A stretch of 63,392 nt of DNA, the filler included, from Aduncisulcus paluster (taxonomy: Eukaryota), in the NCBI GenBank assembly GCA_024181965.1. It is 11 parts of 11 records of this genome, joined end to end, with 100 filler letters (N's around TTAATTAATTAA, not from the genome) between each part and the next. Parts side by side here need not be neighbours in the genome. Positions count along the whole stretch, not along the records: positions 6,719 to 26,832 come from BQXS01011479.1; 10 more parts are not named here. One strand, written 5' to 3'. Under the pieces are notes generated by a model, which searched no databases, had not been told where the DNA came from, and saw nothing but the letters and a program-made list of their open reading frames with translations. Positions 11,185 through 23,000 of the stretch are shown one piece after another. Positions within the stretch are counted from its first letter, which is position 1; each line of letters begins with the position of its first letter. The translations under genes were made by a program, and so were the position numbers.

Positions 11185-12465
11185 TTATTTTAACCCAGCC
11201 AGTGCTTGTTTTTCCATTTCCAACTTTAATTTATCCTGTTGTAATCTTGAAGATTCAAGGTCCAACAAGAATTTTTGATCGGCGATATCCATTCTGTCAG
11301 TTTCAAGAAACCCATCATCAGGAATCTCTAGGGCAATATCCAATATCTTTTGTTGCTCAGAAATAACGCTGTGTAAGCGTTGCAACTCCTCTTCGTACTC
11401 TTTCTTCATGGATTTGAGAGCTTCATTATCCACACGTTGACTTTCTCTTGCAGCTGTATATTGTTCTCTTTTGGCAATATCCAACACCTTTTCCTGCTCA
11501 GAAATTGTCGAACGCAAACGTTTCACCTCCTCTTCATACTTTCTCTTCATGGATTTGAGAGCCTCAGTGGTCACACGTTGACTATCTCTTCTATCTGTAT
11601 ATTGCTCTCTTCTACCAATTTCAAAGGATTTCCCAAGTTTTCCACTCTTTTTTATCCCATCCACACCCATGAATACTAGTTTTTCAGCCTCTCGAACCTT
11701 CTGGTCTCTCTCACTAACTCGTTGAGATCTACGCATTTCAACTGCCTTTTCCATGCTATGAATATCTTCAAGGCGTTTGTTCCATGTAGCTTGGACAGAG
11801 GGTACCTTTTGGCGACGCTCACGGGCTACGGCATCTAATCTTTGTTGCATCTTATTCATTTGTTGGTCATGGCGCTTTTTCATATGTTGAAGATGGGATA
11901 CTTTGCGTTTGGAATCATTTAACTGTCTTGTGATATCTTGTTCTTTCATAGCGGAAGAACGTTCAATTCTGTCTTTTTCAAGCGAAAGTTTGGATATTTC
12001 TGAGGATTTGGTTTTTAACTGACGCATCAAATTATCTATTTTGTCTCTTAAATCTTGTTCAACTCTTTCATGACGTCTAGAATCGGCACTCATCCGAGCG
12101 TCACGTTCAGCTAAGACATCAATTCTTTTCCTATTTTCGGACGCTTTTGACGCAAATATGGATACTGTTTGACATATTTGTTCACAAAATGCATCAATTT
12201 CAGAACTGCGTTCACTTTCGGAAGGAAATATTAAAGTAGGGATCGAAAGTGATTGTAAGGTAGAATTTGCCTGTTTTTCTTTTGCCAAAGAAGCATCTCC
12301 TGTTAGAGTATCCCACATATCTCCAGGAGCATCTTCCTCTTCAGCAAATGGATTTATCGAATGTTTAGTGAGATGATCCCAACTATAAAAAAAAGGAAGG
12401 AAATAGATGTAAATAATAGCACTAAATTCAAAAATTTTAATAATTCATAAAACATACGCTGACAT
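11185..12465 (-). CDS. ADIP/SSX2IP(Msd1)-like coiled-coil protein; two exons (12465-12458, 12382-11185)
   Basis: ATG TCA GC|GTATGT...TTTTTTTATAG|T TGG restores the frame to ORF 11185..12318 and adds 24 aa (MSAWDHLTKH...). NSTLQSLSIP...ICQTV...HLQHMKKRHDQQMNKMQQRL resembles the ADIP domain. There is an internal 47-aa duplication (REQYT...LDIA x2). The family call is tentative. Confidence 0.6.
12383..12457 (-). other. Spliceosomal intron, 75 nt
   Basis: GTATGT donor, AT-rich body, polypyrimidine tract and TAG acceptor. Splicing joins an upstream ATG in frame. Confidence 0.8.
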
Positions 12466-12770
12466 GTTGTGCAAAATAGTTTGTATTATTCAAATTTCGA
12501 ATTAGAAATTAAATTCATTATTGCAAGGGTCAAAACAAAATATAGAATGGGCTTAATGCAAAATTTATGCAACTAAATCTGTGATTTAACCAGAATTTGG
12601 CGGATCACAGGAATTCATTCTAAATCATTGTAGAAAGATAATCCATAACAATTAAAGTTATCTTCTGAAAAAAGTATTCAGATAAACTCATTTTTCTTTG
12701 GTAAAATTGTAAATTTATTATTCCCTTTGATTTGAAAGCAATTCCACCGTTTGGGGTTCATATATCCAAA
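12466..12770. promoter_or_regulatory. Probable bidirectional promoter between the ADIP-like gene and PCNA
   Basis: 305-nt AT-rich spacer between two divergent start codons. No specific element identified. Confidence 0.45.
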
Positions 12771-13685
12771 ATGTTTGAGGCCAGATTAGATCAAAGTGTT
12801 CTTTTCAAACGTATCATTGATGCCGTGAAAGAACTTGTTGAACAAGTGAACATTGAGTGTACTGCTTCTGGGATGGCCATTCAAGCCATGGATTCCACTC
12901 ATGTTGCTCTCATTCAACTTAATTTAAATAGTAGTGCCTTTTCTACATACAGATGTGAACCTAGTTGTACTCTTGGTATTGATGTAAAAGAAATCCAGAA
13001 AGTTTTCAAATCAGCTGGTGCTGACGACGCTCTTACCCTTCGTACTGATAGTGAAGATGCTGATATTCTCCGCATTATCTTCCAAAGTGAAGGAAAGAAG
13101 AGGTTATCTCAGTTTGATTTGAAACTCATGGATATTGATGAATCAAGTGTTGGTATTACCGAAAGAGAACATGATTTTGTTGCCCAAATTGATTCTGGTG
13201 AGTTCTTCCGTGTTTGTCGTGACTTAATGCAACTTGGAGACAAGTTTGATCTTCAAGGAAGTAAGAAAGGTCTCCAATTCCATGTTTCTGGGGATTCCAC
13301 AAGTGGAACTATTCTTCTCCAGCCCACTGATGCTGGTGTAGATGATGACTTTGATGAGGAGGATGAAGAAGGTAAGAGTTGTCTTCGTAAATTGGTTGTG
13401 AAGGCTGAGGTTCACCTTACAGTTTCCGGGCGTCAGTTGATGCACTTCTGTAAAGCCACTCCCTTGTCCGATGTTGTTGAACTTCGGATGAGTTCTAAGT
13501 CCCCTCTCTCCCTTGTCTATCCTATTGATAAAGGAGGAAACTTAACATATTACTTAGCTCCTAAAAAGGATACAGAAGAGGACGAAGACGAGGAAGAAAG
13601 TGGAAGCTCAGAGCATGAAGATGGAGAAGAGCAAGCTAATGAAGAGGTTAAGAACGAAGTGGATGAGAGCGAGAGTGACTTCTAG
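12771..13685 (+). CDS. PCNA: Proliferating cell nuclear antigen (sliding clamp)
   Basis: MFEARL...FKRIIDAVKELV, QAMDSTHVAL, FDLKLMDID, FCKATPLSDVV and YYLAPK are hallmark PCNA motifs. The true start is the ATG at 12771, not the TTG at 12732. Confidence 0.97.
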   Translation: MFEARLDQSVLFKRIIDAVKELVEQVNIECTASGMAIQAMDSTHVALIQLNLNSSAFSTYRCEPSCTLGIDVKEIQKVFKSAGADDALTLRTDSEDADILRIIFQSEGKKRLSQFDLKLMDIDESSVGITEREHDFVAQIDSGEFFRVCRDLMQLGDKFDLQGSKKGLQFHVSGDSTSGTILLQPTDAGVDDDFDEEDEEGKSCLRKLVVKAEVHLTVSGRQLMHFCKATPLSDVVELRMSSKSPLSLVYPIDKGGNLTYYLAPKKDTEEDEDEEESGSSEHEDGEEQANEEVKNEVDESESDF

Positions 13686-14087
13686 ATGTGCGGTGTTGTT
13701 CCTTCCTGATATATTATTGAATGTTAATAAAAAAATTTGAATGAAATCCGATTGGTTTGTTGTGATTGTATCGCTTTACTCAATTGGTGGCATTACTAAC
13801 AACTTGGATCATTGAATGAGGTTCCCTCTCACTCATAATGAGTATCTAGGTTATCCAAGGGTGGTATCACTCACAATCGTGGCTGGGACCACTGATCGGA
13901 GCTGAAGCAGGATGTAATCCAATTGACATTGAAATTATTTGATTTTAAATGATTTGACCTCAAAAAACCATCACCAACGGAAAAGAACTTTCAAAAATAT
14001 TCCATGCCGAGTTAAATTGAAAATTGTCAAGACTTTGTTGGAGATACAACTACTTTTGTTCTTTTTGAGCAATATAATCATATTGGA

Positions 14088-17000
14088 ATGTCTTCAAAAC
14101 GACAGTCAAAGTTAAAAGTTCCTTTATCTAATATCCCTAGTGTGTCTAAAGAATTGAAAGGGGTTAGAGAGGATGTATGTTTTGATTTTATTGAGTCATA
14201 AGGTTTTTATTTCACTATTTTGATTGATTTTATTTTTATTTTATTTATTTTGGGATTTCAATTCGTTATTTTTAGCTTGTTACATTACCTTTGTCATTGG
14301 TCATAAAAAATTATCAACAAGAAGAAGAAATTGAAAAAAGGCGCAAAAAAATTATTCAAACAACAAATCAACAATTTTTACATCAAGAAACGGATGACGA
14401 AGCTAAGGAAGAATTTTCACTATTTTCTCCACGAACTCAGCTCCCCAGGCATTATTCAACCCAACCCAAATTAGCTAAAGTTGAAGTAGCATCAGTAATT
14501 GAGATGCCACGAATGAAATCAATTGAAATTGTGGAGTGGATCATCCAAAGAGGAACCCATCTTCCAATTCAAGCTCAGAGAAATCTTGCTATTTGGCTTT
14601 TACAGCATCGAAAAATTGATATTGTTACTCATAGATATGGTTTTGAAGAAATTATTAGAAAAGTTTGGCTTGGAATCCAGTGGAACAAGGAAGATCTCGA
14701 TGAGACTATACACCTTCCTTCTTCCCCCGTTATAAAACATCAATCAACCGGAAGACTGAGAAGAGCAAGATATGATTCGGTTATTCATCAAGTTGAAAAG
14801 GAATTAGAACTTCTTCAATTTCGAAAAACCCATATGATGGAATGGATAAAGAAAATAGAGGCCGAAATCAATCAAGCTGCTACAACCAAAACTGAAGCAG
14901 AGGAAATATGCTCTTCATTAGCCTTATTTGCTGTAACTGAAGAGGCTTTGGCTAGAGAAATTGACATTCAGAATGCAAAATTAACTTCGCGGCAATCTTC
15001 ATCAAGAACCAAGGGAATAATCGCCCCAAGCAAAACATACCGATATTCAACATCTCCTTTGATATCTTATTCAGGTTTTGGAATGATATATCTTGCTAAA
15101 GGTGAGGATCTTCGGAATTGTTCATTTTCCTTCTATTCGCCACTCTCTCAGAGTATTTTCGTTAAAATGCGGCTAGTCAATGTATTGAGTCTTGCCAAAA
15201 TTGATTTATTTTACCATTCTTTAGTGATGGCCTACTTAACGCAGTATATTGGTATGATTCCAAGCGTTTTCCATAAGAAAGATCCAGATATCGTGAAACA
15301 GAAAGCTATTTATGATAGGATGAGGTTAGAAACAAGTTATCAGGCGAAACATGCGCTTAGATACCTTTTACAGGAAGAAGAAAGGGATGGTGATCGCAGA
15401 CCGCTGGAAAGGAGGGCCAGTACGTCTCCAATATTAGAAAGGAGAATTACTGTTGTTTCTCAAGAAGATAAGGAATCCAAAAAGGAAGATATTGATGTGG
15501 AAGCTGCCTCACAAGATGTTGATTCGACACTTGTAAAATCCGAAGGAGAGAAAAAGGAAGAAAAAGAAGAATCTAAGAAAGGAGAGGAAGAAGAAGTGAA
15601 AGAAGAAAAAGAGGAGGAGGTGAAAGAAGAAGATAACCCCACTAAAGTTGCAACTAACCATATAATTCCAGATGATCAATCCTCCCCTGATGAGGCTGTG
15701 AAGGTTGTACCCATATCCATTGTAACATCCACAATATCTCATGGCGGGAAAAGAAGGAGTGCACCAATTGCTTCTTCTGACACTCATCACTCTGAGCATG
15801 ACTCGCCTTCAACAAAGGCTTCTCTCGAAATGGAGAAAGAGTCCCTGTTTACTGAGAAATTGGACGATGGTTTTCGGGAAGAGGGTGACTATCGCCCTCA
15901 TTCTTTGTTGCATATCGATCACGATCCAAAGCGACAGACTACGATCAATCGGCCCATGGAGATGGTATTCGGGAGTAGCGGATCGTATTTTCTTTCTAGA
16001 TTGCCTCTTTCATCCCTTTCTCGCTCCTACCATCCTCTTATCATGCCGGTTCTGCCTGGAAAGTCTCTGAGGACGTTGTCTATTCTTGATCGTTTGTATG
16101 CTTACCCTCAACCATGGAGAATGTGGAACAATACAGTTGAGGAGGCTCTGCTTCATTGTGAAATGGCAGAGTGGCTTAGTCCTGGTATTTCGAAACGAAT
16201 TATGTCTCGTATTTTATTTAACCACCCTGGTGTTAATTGCCTGTTGCGAATCCCTTCTGAACGGTATGGTGATTGGAGAAGAATGAATATGATCTCTGCT
16301 TGCAGTGATGGAAATCTTCGATTTCTACATGAAACCAAACGAGGAGAGTTTCTAATCAAATCCATTCCCATTTCTGAGAAGACAATTACTTCGGTGGCAT
16401 ATTCCCATGCCTTGGATCCGTCTATACTTATGAACACTAAACTTAACATTAGAAAGGACATGTTCTTACATCCTAACATTGTGTATCCTCGTTTCAGCAC
16501 TGATGTGGCCAATATCATTGCTAGTACTGATCTAGGACTCGTTGTGAGTGGTGATGCAACTGGAACTATCAAATTCTTCGGTAAGTCATCATCTACTCTT
16601 CATAGGGATGAATTGGATGAATATTATTGTAAAGAAAACACGAGTATGGATACTATTCGGGCTGGAGAAATGGTTGTTGGTGGTAGTGACTGTCAATGGG
16701 AGCCTGAAAGTAGCATGGATGAAACCATTGAAAAGAAAGAAACTGTTGATTCGGCCATACATAGTGGTGAGCCTGCATCTGCCACAGCTACCCCATCTCT
16801 CCTTCGCTCTCCGATGTCCCTTAGAACAGAGAGTGCAGACAGAGGAGACAGTCTTAGTATGTCAGTGTTTCCAAGGGAGGATAGCTTGGGAAATGGGGTT
16901 CGTCGAGTTTCTGGAGATATCGGAAGAGATTCTCTTTCGATATCAAGGAGTGTCAGCACTTTTCTTGATCAAAATGAGGAAGCATACGCTGCTTCCCTTT

Positions 17001-17671
17001 GTAAGTGGCGTGATCTTGGGTTAAGTCTTATTGTTGACAGTCCTATCAAGGAGTTATTAGTTGATCGGACAAAATTGATTACTATATGTGATAATATCCA
17101 TGTTTATTCCTTCTTACATGGGGCAAATGTTATAACAATTGAAGATCAACGTCCAGCAACCTGTGGTGCTTTGGATGGATGTCTCCTTGCCACTGGAGTT
17201 GGATGTTCTCAGGCCTCAATCCGAATGTGGGATTTGAGTATGGGTAAACCACTATTTGCAATGGGAGATTTTCTGGGAATCTTATCTCTTGATCTCGACA
17301 AGGATATGAACAAGATTCTTGTCGGTTGTGGAGATGGAAGTTGGGGTTATGATGGAAGAATTGTCTGGATGGATCTTAGAACTGAAAAGCCTGTCATCAA
17401 TATTACAAGTAAGAATTCTCCGTCGAGACTTGGTGGGGTTTACAAAGTTTATCATGATGGTTATAAAATTATTTCTGGGCATGGCAATGGGAAGAGCAGG
17501 ATTTTTGATGTTCGAAACACTGCCAAATGTCTTGCTGAGATTTGTCATCATCATGAATCTCGAAGAAAGAGTATCGTTTCAGGTATTATCAATGCGGGGA
17601 AAAGGTTATTTATTGGAGCAAGTTCAAGAACTCATTCTCTTGTTGAATATAGTATTGATTTTGGTCTCTAG
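14088..17671 (+). CDS. C-terminal WD40-repeat protein; two exons (14088-14174, 14276-17671)
   Basis: Exon 1 MSSKRQ...VRED is followed by a GTATGT...TTTTTAG intron in phase 0 that joins ORF 14291..17671. WD40-like repeats: VVSGDATGTIKFF, LLATGVG...IRMWDL, ILVGCGDG...IVWMDLR, IISGHGNGKSRIFDVR. Confidence 0.8.
14175..14275 (+). other. Spliceosomal intron, 101 nt
   Basis: GTATGT donor, T-rich body and TTTTTAG acceptor. Removal gives a continuous frame from ATG 14088. Confidence 0.82.
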
Positions 17672-17995
17672 AAAGCCAAATTCAACAAGAAAGGGACTAG
17701 ACAAATTGCAACGTTTTGTATACAAATATTATTATTATTTTTTTTTTGTGATTTGTCAAATCATTTTGATATCGCTTTGATAATTATAAGAGCGGAATAA
17801 CTACGTATTTATCTAGAATAATATTGAATCGTGAGTTGGGAATTCAATCAAAATATTAATTATATATTAACTATTTCATTGACAATATTGATCATGTTTT
17901 ATGTAGATCTATCATAATAAAAATGTGTTCTCTCACCAATTTGAGAATGTTGAGCTCCAACAGACAGTCAAAAACTAAATTTGCCGATAAGGGAT

Positions 17996-19771
17996 TTAAT
18001 AATCTTCATCATCGTAATCGGTTGGATTTATAACAAAAAGCAATATAATCGATATGGAAATAGGAATTAGAATCCAGGCAAATGCACTCAGAACAATGGT
18101 ACATATTGTCAGACCTCCAAGTAATAACATGTGAATAATAGGCAAGGATTCTAGTTTATCGCCAAAAATATTTATAGCACCATTATTATTAGGTGAATAG
18201 TTTCCAATGATCCACGCTCGAATCGGATGTTTTTTATGGCTGCAATCGTCAGACAAATTAACAACCATAAAAAACAGAGCAAATGGAAAATCACAAATGA
18301 AACTCGTGATCATAAATGCATAAAATTCGAAAGTAATAAAACCATTTCCAGCTCTTTTCAATGATAATGGACCCAATGTCCAGAATAGGATTACAGCGGC
18401 GATATTACCAGCGAATGAGAAAATAAAGATGATAATATTGGGCAGAAGCATTGAATTCGGGCTGTCATGGGCCTCTATCCAATCAATAATCAGAGAACCG
18501 ATCATTGAACAAAATATACACCAAGGGGCCTTCAAAAATACAATCCAAACAAACCCAAAATACGCATTTCCTGCTTCAACAACCTCTCTCCACAATGCAG
18601 CGACAACAAATGTCATCGAAATCAATGTGATCAGGGAAAAAGTTGAAGAGTATATTGATTCACATGCTAAACGAACTTTATCGTACTCGGGACGAGATTT
18701 GATGGATGCCCATCCAATATTCAAGGTTAACAAAGATAAACAGATAAATAAACCAACATTAAAACATACAATGGGAATTAATGCTAAGATACTTGGTAAA
18801 TATTTATAAAATAAGGTGCCAACGACAATGGGAAATGACTCGATGATAAACAATATGAAATTGAGAAAAAACTTGAACCATCGAGCTCTCCACTTTAACG
18901 ACATATTTCCCAAATATTGGCCTTGTCTGGCTGTCCATTTTTGATACTTTTGAACCCATTTCGGGCCAAAAGAAGAAGAGTAAAACCCACATCCCCAAAT
19001 GGCATCATTCGAAACTGGAGAATTTTCAGAAAGACCTGGAGGATTCACAGCACGATATCGAGATGGTGATAGAGAAGAGGAAAGAGACAAGGGATCCGTG
19101 GATCCAGGACTGAACTCATGTTTGGATGCGAAATGGGAATCCAACTTCGATATGCTAACAATTTTGGGAGAATCGGTACATTGGACACATTGGACTTTAG
19201 CAACGCTTAAAACACTAATCAGTTCGGCTGGAAGGAAATGCTTTGAAATCACAGTATGGGAATCAGAACTTCCGTAAGATCCTCCGAAAGATTCATCCAG
19301 CAGAGGGTGCATTGGTGTTTCTGAAGGAACTGGAACCCCACCGGCAGTAAGAATTTCAGTTTCTATTTTGGGATGAGTGAGTTCAATACTTGATAAAGAT
19401 AAAATGGGTTCGGGAGTTTCGGAAGGAGGGGGGAGAGAAATCACTGGTTTAGGCACATCACCTGGGAGCATAATTTCTTCTGGAGGGGTAATTATTGGTG
19501 GTTTGGGTTTTTTTACAACTTCTTTTCCAGTAGAAGGAGTTGTTAAAGCGTGACAATTAGGGCATCCTACAGAACTCCTATGCATTGCATAATTCAAACA
19601 AAATTGGCAAAAAATTGCCCCACAATTTCTACATGCAACAGGATTGCAATATGGAATGCCCAAACATATTTTACATTTATATTTTTCAAGAACTCTTCTA
19701 TGATCGTCCGTAACAACGGTGCTAGGTGGGACGAAAAAGCCAAGTTTTTGATATAACGCATTTGATATCAT
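17996..19771 (-). CDS. N-terminal RING-finger protein with multi-pass C-terminal membrane region (putative membrane E3 ligase)
   Basis: RING pattern CKIC...CRNC...FCQFC...CPNC, a second Zn motif CVQC...HFASKH, a Pro-rich linker, then about 7-8 hydrophobic segments. Confidence 0.72.
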   Translation of the reverse strand: MISNALYQKLGFFVPPSTVVTDDHRRVLEKYKCKICLGIPYCNPVACRNCGAIFCQFCLNYAMHRSSVGCPNCHALTTPSTGKEVVKKPKPPIITPPEEIMLPGDVPKPVISLPPPSETPEPILSLSSIELTHPKIETEILTAGGVPVPSETPMHPLLDESFGGSYGSSDSHTVISKHFLPAELISVLSVAKVQCVQCTDSPKIVSISKLDSHFASKHEFSPGSTDPLSLSSSLSPSRYRAVNPPGLSENSPVSNDAIWGCGFYSSSFGPKWVQKYQKWTARQGQYLGNMSLKWRARWFKFFLNFILFIIESFPIVVGTLFYKYLPSILALIPIVCFNVGLFICLSLLTLNIGWASIKSRPEYDKVRLACESIYSSTFSLITLISMTFVVAALWREVVEAGNAYFGFVWIVFLKAPWCIFCSMIGSLIIDWIEAHDSPNSMLLPNIIIFIFSFAGNIAAVILFWTLGPLSLKRAGNGFITFEFYAFMITSFICDFPFALFFMVVNLSDDCSHKKHPIRAWIIGNYSPNNNGAINIFGDKLESLPIIHMLLLGGLTICTIVLSAFAWILIPISISIILLFVINPTDYDDEDY

Positions 19772-20012
19772 AATTATTAGCCGTTAAGTGAAATATTATT
19801 TTGTTGGGTGTCAAAACGGAAGGATTTCAATTATCTAGAGTTATAGTTCTATTATTTGATTATTAAGAAAACTTTTATATCAAATAATTCCTAATAATTT
19901 TAAATCTAATGTCATATTTACTAAATACAATTCAGTACGTGTGTGAAGATGATTTTTTTTCTAATTATTTTTAACCAGCGAGATAATGTGTTGCTTTAGC
20001 GTTGTTAAAGAC

Positions 20013-23000
20013 TTATTCGTCCCAACAAGCTTTTCTAATTGAAGCGAAAGTACAAGGAGTATCTAATCTAAACCAGCCTTCGATTCCACGATCTTTTCTG
20101 AAAGCGGCGATACATTCTTTGACAGCCAAGAACACGGAAGTAGCCAAAAGGACGGGTGTCTCGGCGGCAGCTTTAGATCCGTAAATGTTAGATTTACAAG
20201 GGTGGTCCTTAAGAAGAGCAGTTCTCACATCTACAGGAACATCACTGATACCAGGAGTCATGTATTCCATGGAATCAAGCTGGAGCTGTGATTGAGGCTC
20301 AGTCTCATCCCAAACCATTTCTTCAGAGGTAAGAAGACCAAGACCCATGGTGTACCCTCCCTCCACCTGTCCAGCGTCAAGGAAAGGGTTGAGGGAAGTC
20401 CCAGAGTCTTCAAGAAGGTCTTGACGGACAACACGGAAAACACCAGTGAAGGGATTGAGCTCAACCTCGGCACAACCGACACCGTAACCGTAATAAAGTC
20501 CAGTCACACCCTTGCGGGCCTTCCAATCCCAAGTTACATCTTCTCCAAGCATAATATGGACAAGTTCGGTGAGTTTAACAGCAGAGAAATAGGCAGAACA
20601 GCAAGCATTGGCAAAGACTTCCTTGGGGAATTTAGGAGCTACCCTCAGATAGTCCGCTTTCTTGCTAACAGCTTCGGAAACAGCTTCTTCCTCCTCAGAC
20701 TCCTTATGAGTCTTACGGTAATTCTCCATAGCACTCTTGAGGAAAGGATCGAGACGTTTCCTGATCTTGTCACAGCATTCTTTGATGGCACGACCATTCA
20801 AATCGGCACCAGATGAAGCAGCAGTGGGCTGAGAATTCGGACAGATATGGGTATCACTTTCGAAGCATCTCACAAGTTCCAAGGAAACTCCAAGACCCTC
20901 TGCGGCAATGGCTGCCATTTTGGTGTGGAGACCTTGTCCCATCTCAATGCCAGAATGTGACACAGCGACAGTACCATCCCTATATACGTGCACAGCAGCT
21001 GACGCTTGGTTCATGAAGAGCTCCTCGAAACAGGAAGCATTCTTAAGGGGCATAATGGCAAGACCACGCTTGATATACTTGTGATCGGAGTTCCATTTAG
21101 CCACGGATTCTTTCCTTGTCTTGACTTGGGCAGTCTTCATCACTTGATCCCACATTCTTTGAATATTCTCTTGGGCAAACTGAGTACTATCGTATGTACC
21201 AGTTAACATGATATCACCGGCTTGTGTCAGGTTCAAGGCACGGATCTCGGCTCCATCTTTGCCCAAGGTGCGTGCAATGTGATCCATCACAAGTTCCGCA
21301 GTCTGGGTCGATTGGGGAGCTCCAAATCCACGGTAAGCAGTGCATGTCATAGTGTTTGTCTGAGCAATCCTTCCTTCAACACGCATATTGGGAATTGTAT
21401 AGGTGGATGGAGATTGGAATATGCACTTGTCGAGAACAGGGGCAGACACATCATACTCATATCCACCGTCAGTCACATAAAGAATGTCAAGGGCAACATA
21501 ACGACCTTCAGCAGTCACACCAGCCTTGTATTTAATGTAAAAGGCATGTCTACCACCACTTTGACGCATATCCTCACGACGTTCAAGGCTCAGACGCACA
21601 GGACGACCACTCTTTTGGGCAGCAACAGCGGCACGAGTGGCAACAGGAGATGGTTGGTCTTGTTTACCTCCAAATCCACCACCAATCTGCATGACAGAAG
21701 CCCTAACCTTTGAGGATTCAATGCCCAAGACGATACCAACATCATACTGAACCTTTCCAGGGTTCTGGGTGCTAGAATAGACGTGGAAAGAGTTCTCTTG
21801 GCCGGGGACAACAAGAGACACTTGGGTTTCCATGTACATGTGATCCTGACCACCCATGATCTGTTCTCCTTCAATCACATGGTCACAGCTCTCGAGAATC
21901 TTATAGAACTCATCCCCAGTGGCACCTAGCTCAAGAACACGCTCATTGACACCACAGTCACCGTGGTAACTGTTCTTCTCCATAGCTCCACGGATGGTCA
22001 AGGTAGATTCAAGGACTTCATACTCAACACGAACAAGCTTGGCGGCATACCTGGCCAGCTCGGATGTAACAGCAGTTACCAAACCGACGGGCTGATGCAT
22101 GTACTTCGCAGTTCCAGCAGCAAACACCTCAATATCCATTCTGATTCCACAGTGAGCGTTAACTCCACGGATATCGGAGGCGTCCACAAAGCACACAACA
22201 CCAGGGACAGCAAGAGCCTCAGACGCATCGATGGATAAGATCTTGGCATGGGGATACGGGGAAGACACGTAAGCTCCATGGGTCATCATGGGAGCTGTCA
22301 TATCAGATGGATACACACAGGTACCGGTCACCTTGTCGGCAATTGTTTTCTGTTCCCAATTCTTTCCAACAACACGGAGACAAGTATCGGGGAAGTCTCT
22401 CTCGGTGTATGGCAAATCAGTCTCCCTAGTACGAGAGTGGCCACATGCGAAATCAATCATTTCTTTCATCTCGGGAGAAAGATGGAACAAAGAGAACTGT
22501 GAACACACAGAGGCGACAGTGAACATCAAAAAGGTCTGTGCAAGGTCAGCCCTGAATCCAGCGTGACGATCAAAGAGTTTAATATCAAGGAGAGAGTGTA
22601 TCGACCCATTGGAGTTTAAAACTTCTTTGTCAAGAGCTTCAAGGCTTTCCCTTGTGTTGGCGGTAGTTGTCTTTGTAAATATATGGGGAATCTCTCTCAG
22701 GGCTTTGATGACATCACTCTCAGAGGACAACCCAACCTTCATTCCTTCAGAATCTGTTGAGGGAGCAAATGAGATGCCACATAAGATCTCTTCGAGAGGG
22801 ACACAGCGTTGGATACCTCCGGCACTTCCTTTAACCTGTACAATTGAACGAACTCCCTTTGTATAAGCAGAAGATGGGATAATGCCGCCAGTGAACACAC
22901 GGGCAGCGACAATCTTCTTGGTGCCAACACAAATGGAGAGAGCGACGTGCAGAGATAGAGTGGCGAGACAGTTCCGTTGTCTCCTTCCTTGTCTGAAGAA

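Noticed and set aside
13770-13830. U2 or U4 snRNA (ATCGCTT start; GTGGCA...AATGAGGTT)
   Set aside because: No GTAGTA branch-pairing sequence, and U4 spacing and U6-pairing segments do not fit. Kept only as an unassigned structured candidate.
12771-17671. Alternative genetic code (TAA/TAG = Gln, as in hexamitid diplomonads)
   Set aside because: PCNA and the WD40 gene end at TAG, XDH ends at TAA, and long ORFs contain no in-frame TAR.
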